Positions 35,430-47,894 of a stretch of 64,000 nt of DNA are shown here, piece by piece. Made by a program: the position numbers and the translations under genes. Location of the stretch: positions 448,001 through 512,000 of the forward strand of contig JBPOGI010000003.1 in assembly GCA_051251855.1 (NCBI GenBank), in the 5' to 3' direction. Source of the stretch: Roseibacillus sp. GTDB taxonomy: Bacteria; Verrucomicrobiota; Verrucomicrobiia; Verrucomicrobiales; Akkermansiaceae. Numbering within the stretch: position 1 is the stretch's first letter; every line of letters begins with the position of its first letter. A model generated the notes under the pieces. The model ran no database searches. It was given only the letters and a program-made list of their open reading frames with translations, and was not told the DNA's origin.

Positions 35430-36464
35430 TTAGTTTGAAACCGGTGCTGTGCCTGTTAACGCGCCCTGCGTTGACAGAAGGCGATCGACTGCCTCCGCGA
35501 CACGTGTCGGGGAGAGTTGGGAGAGGCAGCGGTGATCGAGTGGGCATTTCGATAAATGGCAAGGTGCACACTCGGCGTAGGTCGTGAGAACTTGGTGGAT
35601 TTTTCCGAGCGGGCGATGAGTGCGCGGTTCCTGTGGCCCCATCAGGCACACGGTGGGAAGACCAAGATGAGCCGCTAGATGAACGAGGGTTCCATTCGGG
35701 GCAACGAGGGTGGAGAAGGTTGGGAGAACTTGTAAAAGCTGATCGAGATCACAGCTGTTAGGCCCCGTTTTCTCATCGGGTTTATGGGGTTCTTTGATTC
35801 CCATAGCTGCAGTGAGTCGCTCAGCTGCGGGGCTTTTTCCTGGCATCGAGAGAAGGAAAAACTCGGGGTCGTTCGTTTCCCCAAGGATTTTGGTGAGATC
35901 CAAGAAGGATTCGATGGGCCACTCGGCGGCGGGCCCCAAGTCAGAATCAGGAGCGAGGGCAATGCGCGGTTTCTGGGGGCGTATTGGAAGTGCAGGAGGC
36001 GCAAAATTGTCGGGATGATGAGGGTCGCAATTGAGTTGTTGGGCCAAGCTCAGGTAGCGGGTTACGCGATGGGGAAGGGGGCCGCTTTCTACCGTGATAG
36101 CGACGGGGTCGGTGAGAAGTTTTTCGAGTTCCGAAGTCTGAAAGCCAATACGCTGGGGGATCGCGAGGCGGCAGAGGGCTCTTGCTGCGCGAGAATCTTC
36201 GAGAATGATGGCGGAGTGATAGGTGCCGCTTGAGAAGCGCTCAGCAAGTTTTTGAGGTGAGCTGTTTTCATCGTAGGAGATGATTTGTTTAAAATGAACG
36301 GCCCAGAAGGGAACAGCTGCTTTGGGACACAGAATCACGGGGGTTAGATCAGGCCGAGCACGTCGAATCGCGCGGAATGCAGGCGTGGCTAAACAAGCTT
36401 CGGTCAGGTCGAGCGGAGCAACGAGAGCGAGAGCAGGGCCAGTGATATTGAGGCTTTCAGACAC
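35430..36464 (-). CDS. glycosyltransferase family 9 (heptosyltransferase-like)
   Basis: 'ATPAFRAIRR', 'IPQRIGF', 'AAEWP', 'VHLAAHLGLPTVCLMGP', 'CAPC..SKCPLDHRCL'. Confidence 0.85.
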   Translation of the reverse strand: MSESLNITGPALALVAPLDLTEACLATPAFRAIRRARPDLTPVILCPKAAVPFWAVHFKQIISYDENSSPQKLAERFSSGTYHSAIILEDSRAARALCRLAIPQRIGFQTSELEKLLTDPVAITVESGPLPHRVTRYLSLAQQLNCDPHHPDNFAPPALPIRPQKPRIALAPDSDLGPAAEWPIESFLDLTKILGETNDPEFFLLSMPGKSPAAERLTAAMGIKEPHKPDEKTGPNSCDLDQLLQVLPTFSTLVAPNGTLVHLAAHLGLPTVCLMGPQEPRTHRPLGKIHQVLTTYAECAPCHLSKCPLDHRCLSQLSPTRVAEAVDRLLSTQGALTGTAPVSN

Positions 36465-36497
36465 GTGCGCGGAGTTTTGAGGCTAGCTGGCTCCGAA

Positions 36498-37037
36498 TCA
36501 AGAGGGAAGACTTTTGCAGAGTGACAGGAATGAGCTGGGCTGGTGGAAATCGGGCTCCTCTCCGGGCAAGGGAGCGAGGCTGTGAAAGCTTTGCTGTGGA
36601 GAGTTAAGGATGAATGTGATGTTGTAGGAAAGGGCTTCAAGAGGTGGAAGGAGGCGTTTTGGAATCCGGATGGACGCACTCCAAGCGTCGCTCTGCCATT
36701 GTCCTTCTGCCTTTACCCCAGCGAAATCAGGCTGTTTTTCTTGAGCGAGTCGAACATCGCGAAACCAGCACATCCACCAAGCTCCGTTGGGTGCGAGGTT
36801 GACTTCCAAATAGGATTGTCGAATGGGATCAGCGAGAAAGAGCTCTGCTACATCAAAGCGCCAGAGTTCTGGACAGAATTGACCTTCCTTTGAGTTTGGC
36901 ATGACCCTGGCAGATGCTCCGCGGGAGGCTTCGAAAAGAATTCCGTTCTCATCGAAGGAAAGCGAATATTGAACAGGGGGCGCCAGTAGGTGGCCAAACC
37001 AATCAGAATCAATTTCCTGTGTGACTTTTGGGCTCAT
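36498..37037 (-). CDS. hypothetical protein (DOMON-like)
   Basis: 'ELWRFDVAELFL...YLEVNLAPNGAWW' and C-terminal 'PDFHQP'. Confidence 0.65.
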   Translation of the reverse strand: MSPKVTQEIDSDWFGHLLAPPVQYSLSFDENGILFEASRGASARVMPNSKEGQFCPELWRFDVAELFLADPIRQSYLEVNLAPNGAWWMCWFRDVRLAQEKQPDFAGVKAEGQWQSDAWSASIRIPKRLLPPLEALSYNITFILNSPQQSFHSLAPLPGEEPDFHQPSSFLSLCKSLPS

Positions 37038-37154
37038 GAATCCAATCCAAAGTAGTATGACGAAAATCCAATGAGATTTTCACCATAATGACAAAAAAAA
37101 GATGGCTCTTCGAAAGAACGATCCGTATGGTCCGTTAACAAAAGTGTAGTAAAG

Positions 37155-37937
37155 GTGAAACTTAAACCAATCGAGTATATCGGACCCGCTCCGACCGTCA
37201 AAAAGCCACGAAATCCTGCGGGAGGTTGGCTTTTGATTGGCTTTGCTACCGTGCTTGCCTTTTTCTTGGCTCGGCCGTTTGTGCAACTGGTTCAGGCTCA
37301 GCAAAGCCAGCCTAACGCGACAACCTTGGAAGCCGCTGGAAATCAGTTGGATAAAATGGGCACTTTTGGGTCTAAGCTGGCTAAGGCTGCGCTTGCCCGC
37401 ACCGAGGCTGAAGTGGTCTATGATTTGACCTATCGGGTTATCGAATTTCCTAATGGAGATATTCCTGCCGATCGAGGTAAGGCTGAGGATGTGATCGTGC
37501 GTTCTTACCGTGCGCTTGGAACCGATCTTCAAATGCTCATCAACGATGACATGTCGGAACACTTTCGCGAATATCCTCGCTATTGGGGCTTGAGCGAGCC
37601 GGACACCAATGTCGATCATCGCCGCACACCCAATTTACAGCGCTTCTTCGTGCGCCATGGCGAGTCTCTCAAATCTACGAACTCAGCCGAAGATTACGAG
37701 TTCGGTGATATCGTGGTTTGGCACCTCCCAGAGAATCAGCCTCAGCGCTCTTCTCACATTGGTCTCATTGTTCCTGGTCCCGGCAAGCTTTCAGATGAAA
37801 AGTGGGTTGTTCATAACAATGGCTCGGGCCCTCGTTGGGAGAACGAGCTTTTCTCTTATCCCATCATCGGCCACTACCGCTTCGTTCCTGAGAGTCTCCT
37901 CGTCGATGTAGAGGACGAGGCCATGGCCCCGCTTTAG
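37155..37937 (+). CDS. DUF1287 (YijF-like) domain protein with N-terminal membrane anchor
   Basis: 'YD..Y..I.FPNGDIP', 'DTNVDHRRTPNL..FF.R.G', 'GDIVVW', 'HIGLI', 'VHNNGSG', 'IIGHYRF'. Confidence 0.85.
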   Translation: MKLKPIEYIGPAPTVKKPRNPAGGWLLIGFATVLAFFLARPFVQLVQAQQSQPNATTLEAAGNQLDKMGTFGSKLAKAALARTEAEVVYDLTYRVIEFPNGDIPADRGKAEDVIVRSYRALGTDLQMLINDDMSEHFREYPRYWGLSEPDTNVDHRRTPNLQRFFVRHGESLKSTNSAEDYEFGDIVVWHLPENQPQRSSHIGLIVPGPGKLSDEKWVVHNNGSGPRWENELFSYPIIGHYRFVPESLLVDVEDEAMAPL

Positions 37938-38314
37938 GGTGTAAGATCTTCTCTTGGAGGGTGTTTGCCCTTGGCTGTATTCATCTTAGTTCGAATCCCA
38001 GCGTTTTTCTTTGTAGTCGAAGTGTCTTGTGAAAAGGCGTTTTTCACTGAAGAAGGGTGTCTTTGGGCGCCTCTCGCTCTGATTAAGTTCATTGGTTCGT
38101 TCTTTAAAGAAGCGCCGTGATCCAATGTTTCGTCGATGTTTTGGAGTTCTAACAGTTTCTAACGGCTTGAATCCCTTGTTCTTTAGGGCCTTTTGTTTTT
38201 CGCGAAAACATGAAAATTATGGGAAGGCAAGAAGAATTCCTTATGACACAAGACTTCGCGCAGCCCTACTTTAGCTTTGCCAAGCCTAGGAAAAGTGCTC
38301 AAAAAGGCCTCGCT

Positions 38315-38590
38315 ATGAACAAAGCAGAACTTATTGAAGCAGTCCAGAAGGAGATGGGAGCAGACACTACGAAGCGCGCAGCCGAAGAAGCTGTCTCTTC
38401 TGTGCTCGACGCAATCGCGAAAGGCGTGAAGAAAGACAAGAAAGTCCAAATCATCGGATTCGGAACTTTCGAGGTCAAGAAGCGTGCCGCGCGTATGGGT
38501 CGTAACCCCAAGACTGGCGAAGCAATGAAGATCAAGGCTTCCAAGTCTGTTGGCTTCAAGCCTTCTTCTACCCTCAAAGCTTCCCTCTAA
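38315..38590 (+). CDS. hup: HU family DNA-binding protein
   Basis: 'MNKAELIEAV...VQIIGFGTFEVKKRAARMGRNPKTGE...FKPS..LK'. Confidence 0.95.
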   Translation: MNKAELIEAVQKEMGADTTKRAAEEAVSSVLDAIAKGVKKDKKVQIIGFGTFEVKKRAARMGRNPKTGEAMKIKASKSVGFKPSSTLKASL

Positions 38591-38617
38591 TTTTTAGGGA
38601 CGTTTTTCTTTCATAAT

Positions 38618-38650
38618 CCCGGTGAGGTTTCGACCCCATCGGGTTTTTTT
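38618..38650 (+). terminator. intrinsic terminator
   Basis: CCCGGTGAGGT-ttcg-ACCCCATCGGG followed by T7. Confidence 0.8.
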
Positions 38651-38687
38651 ATTTGCGGGGGAGGGGTGAACCGGACGAAGTAGGGGC

Positions 38688-39485
38688 GTGCGCGTTTTTG
38701 CTCAGATCGGAGAACTCTTCTTCGGCTTGCTTCGTTACCTTGGTGAGTTGGCGTTGCTAGCAGCCCAAGTTGGTGAGTCGATCCTTAAGGGGAAGAAGCG
38801 TTGGCCCCAGTTTTTCCGTCAAATTGCAGAGATTGGCTATCGTTCCCAGCCAGTGGTGATTATTACGGGTGGGTTTACGGGGGCAGTACTGGCGGCTCAG
38901 GCTTTGTTCCAGTTTAAACTGGTGGGTATGGAGACCTTGGCGGGAGGTTTGGTCAGTGCGGCGATGCTGCGGGAGTTAGGGCCAACGATTACTGGGCTTA
39001 TGCTGGCGGGACGAGTTGGCTCGTCCATGGCGGCCGAGATCGGAACGATGAAGGTGACCGAGCAAATTGACGCTCTGCGCTCAATGGCAGTGCATCCGAT
39101 TGACTACTTGGTGACGCCACGAGTGATGGCGATGGTGATTTCGATACCGCTTCTTTTGACTCAGTCGGTCGTTTGTGGGATTTTTGCCTCCTATTTGGTG
39201 GGGGTGCCATTGTTTCATGTCGAGGAGGCGATTTGGTGGGAGAATGTGCGGAAATATTCTTCGCTGGACGATGTGAAGGTTGCGCTCTTTAAAGGACTGG
39301 TTTTTGGATTACTCATTGTCGTTATCTCCTGCCATCAGGGCCTTAAGGCGTCGAATGGTGCCGTCGGAGTGGGGAGGGGAACGACGAACGCGATGGTCTT
39401 TTCCTCTCTTGCAATTTTGATCGCGAACTTTCTGCTCTCGATGATTATGCAACTGATTTTCCCGCTGGGGATTGTGAGCGTGTGA
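38688..39485 (+). CDS. mlaE: MlaE family ABC transporter permease
   Basis: 'RELGPTITGLMLAGRVGSSMAAEIGTMKVTEQIDALRSM...YLVTPR', 'GAVGVGRGTT'. Confidence 0.9.
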   Translation: MRVFAQIGELFFGLLRYLGELALLAAQVGESILKGKKRWPQFFRQIAEIGYRSQPVVIITGGFTGAVLAAQALFQFKLVGMETLAGGLVSAAMLRELGPTITGLMLAGRVGSSMAAEIGTMKVTEQIDALRSMAVHPIDYLVTPRVMAMVISIPLLLTQSVVCGIFASYLVGVPLFHVEEAIWWENVRKYSSLDDVKVALFKGLVFGLLIVVISCHQGLKASNGAVGVGRGTTNAMVFSSLAILIANFLLSMIMQLIFPLGIVSV

Positions 39486-39577
39486 TTCGTTTTGAACGAG
39501 CTGAAGAGCGGGTTCGTGATTTGACGAGAGCAGGCTGTGGGAATAGAGTATCCTCCCTAACGCTCCTAAACTGTAAC

Positions 39578-40180
39578 ATGACGACCAAAACGCTCCTGAC
39601 TTCTCTTGCTCTCGGACTCACTTTCGCCGTTGGTGGCTTATTCCTGAGTGAGCAGGCTTGGGCGGACAAGGAGCCAGTTATGGAGGTGGTGACCGAGAAG
39701 CCAACCGAACCAACGAAGAATATTGTGAAAAGCGACGAAGAATGGAAAAAAGAGCTGACCCCGGAGCAGTATCGAATCTTGCGGGAAGCAGGGACTGAGC
39801 GCGCCTTTGGCAAAGTTTATAAGGAGTTCAAGGAGCAGGGGGCGGGGACTTACATCTGTGTAGGTTGTAATACGGAGCTATTCAGTTCGAATGAAAAGTT
39901 TGACTCCCAGTGCGGCTGGCCGTCCTTTTATGACCCTTCCAAGAATGAGAACGTCAAAGCCGTGCCTGATGTGAGTGGTGGCATGGTTCGCACGGAGGTG
40001 CGCTGCGCGAAGTGTGATGGTCATCTCGGTCATATCTTCGAAGGAGAGGGCTTCGATACCCCGACAGACCAACGCTACTGCATTAATGGATCAGTGCTTC
40101 GATTTGTCCCTCATGAGGTCCACGAAAAAGAGGCTGAGCCAAAAGTGGAGAAAAAAGAAGACGCTGCTGAGAAGAAATAG
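39578..40180 (+). CDS. msrB: peptide-methionine (R)-S-oxide reductase with signal peptide
   Basis: 'LTPEQYRILREAGTERAF', 'KFDSQCGWPSF', 'RTEVRC..CDGHLGHIF', 'RYCIN'. Confidence 0.93.
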   Translation: MTTKTLLTSLALGLTFAVGGLFLSEQAWADKEPVMEVVTEKPTEPTKNIVKSDEEWKKELTPEQYRILREAGTERAFGKVYKEFKEQGAGTYICVGCNTELFSSNEKFDSQCGWPSFYDPSKNENVKAVPDVSGGMVRTEVRCAKCDGHLGHIFEGEGFDTPTDQRYCINGSVLRFVPHEVHEKEAEPKVEKKEDAAEKK

Positions 40181-40501
40181 CTCGTCTTCGTAGTGTTCCC
40201 ACGGAATGCCGAATGGTTTCTCCATCCGGCATTTGTATCGAATTGAGGATCCAGGAGCGGGCGGGTGAGATCTCAGTCCAAGATTGACTGACAAAGAAAC
40301 TAGCAAAAAATAGGAATGGATTCTTATAGCTTCGGTCTTTTGAAGGAAACGGCATCTTCTTTGTAGCTGTAAGGAAAACGCTCCGTTCGTCGAATTCCCT
40401 TTAAAGACGCCTGTTAGGGGACTTTGTGAAAAATTTCACAAAGTGTCTTGACCCATCTTTAGAACCCTTCTATTCGACTCTCAGCCGGCAACGCAAAACC
40501 T

Positions 40502-41383
40502 GTGAATTTTTCTTCTACTTTCTCACGCTTCCTCCTGACAATTGTTGGGCTCTTCGCTTCGAGCAGTGTTCTTTTTGCTGCCGGGGGGGAACTTCCTCTC
40601 TACGCAGAAAAGCTTTTCGGACCCGTTTCCAACTCAATCTTGATGACTTGGATTGCCGTGGGTCTGATTGTCCTCTTCTGCAAGTCGGCCACCAAGCAAA
40701 TGGCCCTTGTTCCAACTGGATTTCAAAACTTTGCTGAGTGGCTTGTTGAGGGGCTTTACGATTTCTTCGGAGAAATTCTTGGCGAGCATCTCATTAAACG
40801 TACTTTTTGGTTCTTTGGCTCCGTCTTCGTATTTATCTTGGTCAATAACTATATGGCTCTCGTTCCTGGAGTCGGGACAATCGGTCAATGGGGTTCAGGT
40901 GAAAATCTTTCTGAGCCTGTCTTCCGTTCGTTTCTACGAGGAGCGAACGCTGACCTTAACCTGACGGCAGCGATGTCTCTCACTTTCGCCATTCTCTGGT
41001 GCTACTGGGCCATCACTGAGAACGGACTTAAAAACTTCGCAGCCCATATCTTTGCTCCTAAAGGCGACTTCAAAGGTGTCATGCTTCTTTTCATGGTTCC
41101 GGTGTTTCTTTTCGTGGGAGTGTTGGAAGTGATTTCAATCGCGATCCGTCCGGTTGCGCTGAGTTTTCGCCTGTTTGGAAATGTCTACGGTGGTGAGCAG
41201 ACCTTGGGGACTTTGATGAGTCTTGCGCCCTATAAGTGGATGCATTTCCTTCCCGCTCTGCCCTTTTACTTTATGGAGCTTCTGGTCGGCTTGATTCAGG
41301 CCTTGGTCTTCACTCTCCTGGGTGCCATTTTCCTGAGGTTGATCTGCGACCACGACCACGGTGATCACGAGGAAGCTCACTAA
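40502..41383 (+). CDS. atpB: F0F1 ATP synthase subunit a
   Basis: 'FQNFAE', 'RPVALSFRLFGN', 'ELLVGLIQALVF'; first gene of the atp operon. Confidence 0.95.
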   Translation: MNFSSTFSRFLLTIVGLFASSSVLFAAGGELPLYAEKLFGPVSNSILMTWIAVGLIVLFCKSATKQMALVPTGFQNFAEWLVEGLYDFFGEILGEHLIKRTFWFFGSVFVFILVNNYMALVPGVGTIGQWGSGENLSEPVFRSFLRGANADLNLTAAMSLTFAILWCYWAITENGLKNFAAHIFAPKGDFKGVMLLFMVPVFLFVGVLEVISIAIRPVALSFRLFGNVYGGEQTLGTLMSLAPYKWMHFLPALPFYFMELLVGLIQALVFTLLGAIFLRLICDHDHGDHEEAH

Positions 41384-41455
41384 CTAATTTCGACGTCTGA
41401 CCATGGCAAGACTGTGGGGACGCCGTTCCAAACAACAAAAAACAAACTAACTATT

Positions 41456-41689
41456 ATGCCTATCGAAACACTTACCATCTTGGCCGTCGCCGCTTCTGTT
41501 TTTAACAAGAGCTTCGTTGGTGCCCTTGCAGCCCTCGGTGCTGGACTTGGAATCGGAATTCTCGGTTCTAAAGCTGCTGAAGCAACAGGCCGCAACCCTG
41601 GCGCTGCTACTCCTATTCTCGTGATTTCAATTATTTTGGCCGCACTGATTGAGGGTGTCTTCATTCTCTCTCTCTTTGTTGCTTCGTAA
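41456..41689 (+). CDS. atpE: F0F1 ATP synthase subunit c
   Basis: 'GAGLGIG', 'GRNP', 'ALIEG'. Confidence 0.93.
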   Translation: MPIETLTILAVAASVFNKSFVGALAALGAGLGIGILGSKAAEATGRNPGAATPILVISIILAALIEGVFILSLFVAS

Positions 41690-41706
41690 TTTTCAACTTT
41701 CTCTCT

Positions 41707-41728
41707 CGCCGGGTCCTGTGACCCGGTG
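41707..41728 (+). other. intercistronic stem-loop after atpE
   Basis: CGCCGGGTC-ctgt-GACCCGGTG hairpin between atpE and atpF. Confidence 0.5.
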
Positions 41729-41775
41729 GGAAACTTTCTCTTTTTCTCTTTAGAATTCTCTTAACCATCATCGAA

Positions 41776-42330
41776 ATGATTCCGACCATCTTAGCCGCCG
41801 CAGGTGCCGCCGACCTCGAACCAGGAGTTTGGGAAAATTTGACCAAGCAATTTGGAGTCAATTGGCCCTTCTTTATCGCCCAGGTGGTTAATTTTTTCTT
41901 GGTAATCTTTGTGCTGAAGAAATTCGCCTTCGGACCCATTCAAGAAATGCTTGAACAGCGCAAGACGCGCATTGCAGACGGTGAGGAAAAGATTGCTAAA
42001 ATCGAAACCCAGATGGCAGACAGCGAGAAGCGTGTCACCGAAAAACTCGACGAAGCCAATGCCGATGCCAAGCGCATGATTGAAGAAGCCAAAGAGTCTG
42101 CCGCCAAGCTGGGTGAGGCAGAGAATCAAAAGGCGATTGCTTCCGCTCAGAACATTTTGTCGAAGGCTGAAGAAGCTGCCAAGGCTGAGCGCGAGACCAT
42201 GAAGGCCGAGATTAAGGCTGAGTTCGGTAAGCTCGTAACTGCAGCCACTTCTCAGGTAGCTGGTAAGGTCCTCAATGACGATGACCAGCGCCGCATTAAC
42301 GAAGAGTCGATGACGACCCTCTCTAACTAA
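41776..42330 (+). CDS. atpF: F0F1 ATP synthase subunit b
   Basis: 'FGVNWPFFIAQVVNF...KKFAFGPI..ML..R...I' followed by a coiled coil. Confidence 0.95.
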   Translation: MIPTILAAAGAADLEPGVWENLTKQFGVNWPFFIAQVVNFFLVIFVLKKFAFGPIQEMLEQRKTRIADGEEKIAKIETQMADSEKRVTEKLDEANADAKRMIEEAKESAAKLGEAENQKAIASAQNILSKAEEAAKAERETMKAEIKAEFGKLVTAATSQVAGKVLNDDDQRRINEESMTTLSN

Positions 42331-42353
42331 CTTTTTGATTCGAACACGCGACG

Positions 42354-42749
42354 ATGAAAATTTCAAAATCAGCCCAGACCACCGCACGGAGAATCTTCCG
42401 TCTCTGTTCGCCAGAGGGTCGACTTGACCAGCAGCGTCTGCGCACGGTGATTGCGAAACTCGTCGCTGATCAACCTCGCGACTTTCGCGGAATCCTTGCC
42501 GGCTTGGCTCGTTTGGTTCGCCGCGAAGAGGAGCGCAGCCGAGTCCTTGTAGAAAGCGCTCGCTTTCTGGACCCCGCTACTGAGCAACGTGTTCGCGATT
42601 CCCTCACTTCCCAATACGGTGAGGGTCTTAATTTTGAATTTCGCACGAATCCCGACCTGATGGGTGGGATGAAAATCCAAGTGGGAGACGACGTCATTGA
42701 TGGCTCTGTTCTTTCCCGTATCAACCGCCTCGAAACGGCTTTCCAATAA
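42354..42749 (+). CDS. atpH: F0F1 ATP synthase subunit delta (short form)
   Basis: 'VESA', 'NPDLMGGMKIQVGDDVIDGSV'; operon position. Confidence 0.9.
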   Translation: MKISKSAQTTARRIFRLCSPEGRLDQQRLRTVIAKLVADQPRDFRGILAGLARLVRREEERSRVLVESARFLDPATEQRVRDSLTSQYGEGLNFEFRTNPDLMGGMKIQVGDDVIDGSVLSRINRLETAFQ

Positions 42750-42773
42750 AAACAATCTCCAAATAACATACCG

Positions 42774-44315
<1,542 letters not shown>

Positions 44316-44366
44316 TCGGTCGTTGTTAGAAAACGATTCCCAATAACCTTTAAAGAGTAACACCAA

Positions 44367-45266
44367 GTGGCCAACCTTCGAGATATTCGCCGACGCATTA
44401 AGTCGGTCAAAAACACCGCCCAAATCACCCGCGCAATGCAGTTGGTTGCAGCGGCGAAGATGAAGAAGGCGCAGGACCAAGCACTTGCTGGTCGTGATTA
44501 CGCCGATCTTCTCAATCAGGTTCTGGTGAACTTGAAGGACAACGTGGATGAAGAAGCTCATCCTCTTCTTGAAAAGCGCGAAGGCGGGAAGGAACTCGTC
44601 CTCGTGATTTCGACGGACAAAGGTCTTTGCGGTGGACTCAATACGAACCTCCTTAAGAAGGTTCGTTCAGAGGCTTCAGAGGGTGCTGAATTTGTGACAG
44701 TGGGCCGCAAGCTGCGTGACCAACTTTCGAAAGCAGGGGAAGAACTCATTGCGGACTTCGAAGTGTCCGACCCCACGCCGTTTATCGAGGCTCGCCCCAT
44801 TGCGACTCTCCTCACCAAGAAGTTCTTGAGTGGCGAGTATGGCAAAATCTCCGTCGCCTTCACGAACTTCGTGAGCACCATGACGCAAGACCCCACGGTC
44901 GTTCAGCTCCTTCCTATCGATGCCGAGAGCGTTGGTGAAAAGCAGGACTACGAAGGAGTGGGCAACGATGAAATCAAAGAGACTGACCATGCGGTTGCTC
45001 TCGGGAAGGATTATCTCTTCGAGCCCTCCTCTGAAGGTGTGCTTGATGCTCTTCTTCCACTCTTCGTCAATTTTCAGGTCTATCAGATGATTATCGAATC
45101 GCGTGCATCCGAGCACTCTGCACGGATGGTGGCAATGAAAGCTGCTACCGATAACGCGAAGAAGATGACCAAGGAATTGACCCTCGAGTATAACAAAGCC
45201 CGACAAGCCGCAATTACCGCTGAGCTTCTCGAAATCACCACCGCTATGAAGGCGATGGAGGGTTAA
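44367..45266 (+). CDS. atpG: F0F1 ATP synthase subunit gamma
   Basis: 'IRRRIKSVKNTAQITRAM', 'DKGLCGG', 'YNKARQAAITAELLEI'. Confidence 0.98.
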   Translation: MANLRDIRRRIKSVKNTAQITRAMQLVAAAKMKKAQDQALAGRDYADLLNQVLVNLKDNVDEEAHPLLEKREGGKELVLVISTDKGLCGGLNTNLLKKVRSEASEGAEFVTVGRKLRDQLSKAGEELIADFEVSDPTPFIEARPIATLLTKKFLSGEYGKISVAFTNFVSTMTQDPTVVQLLPIDAESVGEKQDYEGVGNDEIKETDHAVALGKDYLFEPSSEGVLDALLPLFVNFQVYQMIIESRASEHSARMVAMKAATDNAKKMTKELTLEYNKARQAAITAELLEITTAMKAMEG

Positions 45267-45294
45267 AGACTTTGCCAATTTAACGACCCCATAA

Positions 45295-46791
<1,497 letters not shown>

Positions 46792-46822
46792 GCTGATTTC
46801 CTAATTCTTAGATATTCTCAAA

Positions 46823-47233
46823 ATGGCTCTTCATCTCGAAATCGTCACTCCAGAGCGGAAAGTTTTTTCCGATGATGTGGATAACGTCTACCTTCCCGGT
46901 GCGGATGGTGAGATGGGTGTTCTTGGCGGTCACGCTGCTCTCGTTTCGGCGATGCAAGCGGGTGAACTTCGTTACTTGAAAGAGGGAAAGACGACCGAAC
47001 TTGCAGTGGGTCACGGTTTCGCCGAAGTCACTCAAGAAAAGGTAACGATTCTCACCGATGTGGCCTTCGAAGAAGACCAGATTGACGAGAACGCGGTTGA
47101 AGAAGCGATGAAGCGCGCCGAAGAGGCTCTCGAGAACATCGATCCTGACGAAGCCGACGAGATGGCTGCTCAGCAAAAAGTCATTGCCTCGGCTATGGCA
47201 CAGCTCGCGCTCAAGAAGAAGCGCAAGGGCTAG
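46823..47233 (+). CDS. atpC: F0F1 ATP synthase subunit epsilon
   Basis: 'LEIVTPE', 'GEMGVLGGHA', 'GFAEV'. Confidence 0.95.
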   Translation: MALHLEIVTPERKVFSDDVDNVYLPGADGEMGVLGGHAALVSAMQAGELRYLKEGKTTELAVGHGFAEVTQEKVTILTDVAFEEDQIDENAVEEAMKRAEEALENIDPDEADEMAAQQKVIASAMAQLALKKKRKG

Positions 47234-47262
47234 GCCTGAATCCTTTCTTCTGATAACTTTCC

Positions 47263-47287
47263 AAAGCCTCCTTCGGGAGGCTTTTTT
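47263..47287 (+). terminator. intrinsic terminator of the atp operon
   Basis: AAAGCCTCC-ttcg-GGAGGCTTTTTT. Confidence 0.9.
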
Positions 47288-47295
47288 GTGGAATG

Positions 47296-47358
47296 GGAGT
47301 AGGGACATTCCTGCCCCTGAAAAAGATGTTGTTCCAAGGACGGGAGTGTTCTTGCTCC
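47296..47358. repeat. degenerate REP-like inverted repeat
   Basis: GGAGTAGGGACATTCCTGCCC (47296-47316) / GGACGGGAGTGTTCTTGCTCC (47338-47358); 21-bp arms whose differences are all transitions. Confidence 0.5.
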
Positions 47359-47360
47359 TT

Positions 47361-47894
47361 TTAGAGGTCCCGAAGATGGACCCCTTTTTGATCGCGTTCT
47401 GAGAGTTTAGGTTCGGTTATTGGCCACTCAATGGAAAGGTCTGGGTCACTCCATGCAAGGACTTGTTCTGTTTCTGGGCTCCAAGGAGTGGAAACGAGAT
47501 AGGCAATCGTGGCTGGACCCTGCGGAGTGGCGAGGCCGTGAGCGAAGCCGGGAGGGAGATAAATTTGAGAGGGTGTTTCAGAGCGGTCGGCTGAAAGTTG
47601 AAAGCTCTGCCATTTTCCGAAGTTGGGTCCGAGGCGAAGATCGACCGCGACGTCGAAGATGGTTCCGGATATGACGGTGATGAGTTTCGCCTGGGGTTCT
47701 GGGTCTTGAAAGTGAAGTCCGCGAATACAGCCTTCTTCGGTTTCGGAGAGATTCATCTCGGCCCATGGGTGGGAGTAGCCGGCCTCGGCATGGAGACGTT
47801 GCGCGAAGAGGGGACGGAAGGTTCCTCGGGAGTCATCAAATCGGGGAGGAGTCAGGAGCATCACTCCATCTAGGTTGGTGGATTCGATTTTCAT
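47361..47894 (-). CDS. rmlC: dTDP-4-dehydrorhamnose 3,5-epimerase family protein
   Basis: 'DDSRGTF', 'IRGLHFQ...QAKL...GTIFDVAVDLR', 'PPGFAHG', 'WSDPDL.IEWP', 'LSERD'; ATG at 47894 overlaps the upstream stop (ATGA). Confidence 0.9.
   Translation of the reverse strand: MKIESTNLDGVMLLTPPRFDDSRGTFRPLFAQRLHAEAGYSHPWAEMNLSETEEGCIRGLHFQDPEPQAKLITVISGTIFDVAVDLRLGPNFGKWQSFQLSADRSETPSQIYLPPGFAHGLATPQGPATIAYLVSTPWSPETEQVLAWSDPDLSIEWPITEPKLSERDQKGVHLRDL

Noticed and set aside
38210..38314. N-terminal extension of HU in the ORF track
   Set aside because: The canonical HU start MNKAELI is at 38315; the upstream part is probably promoter or leader
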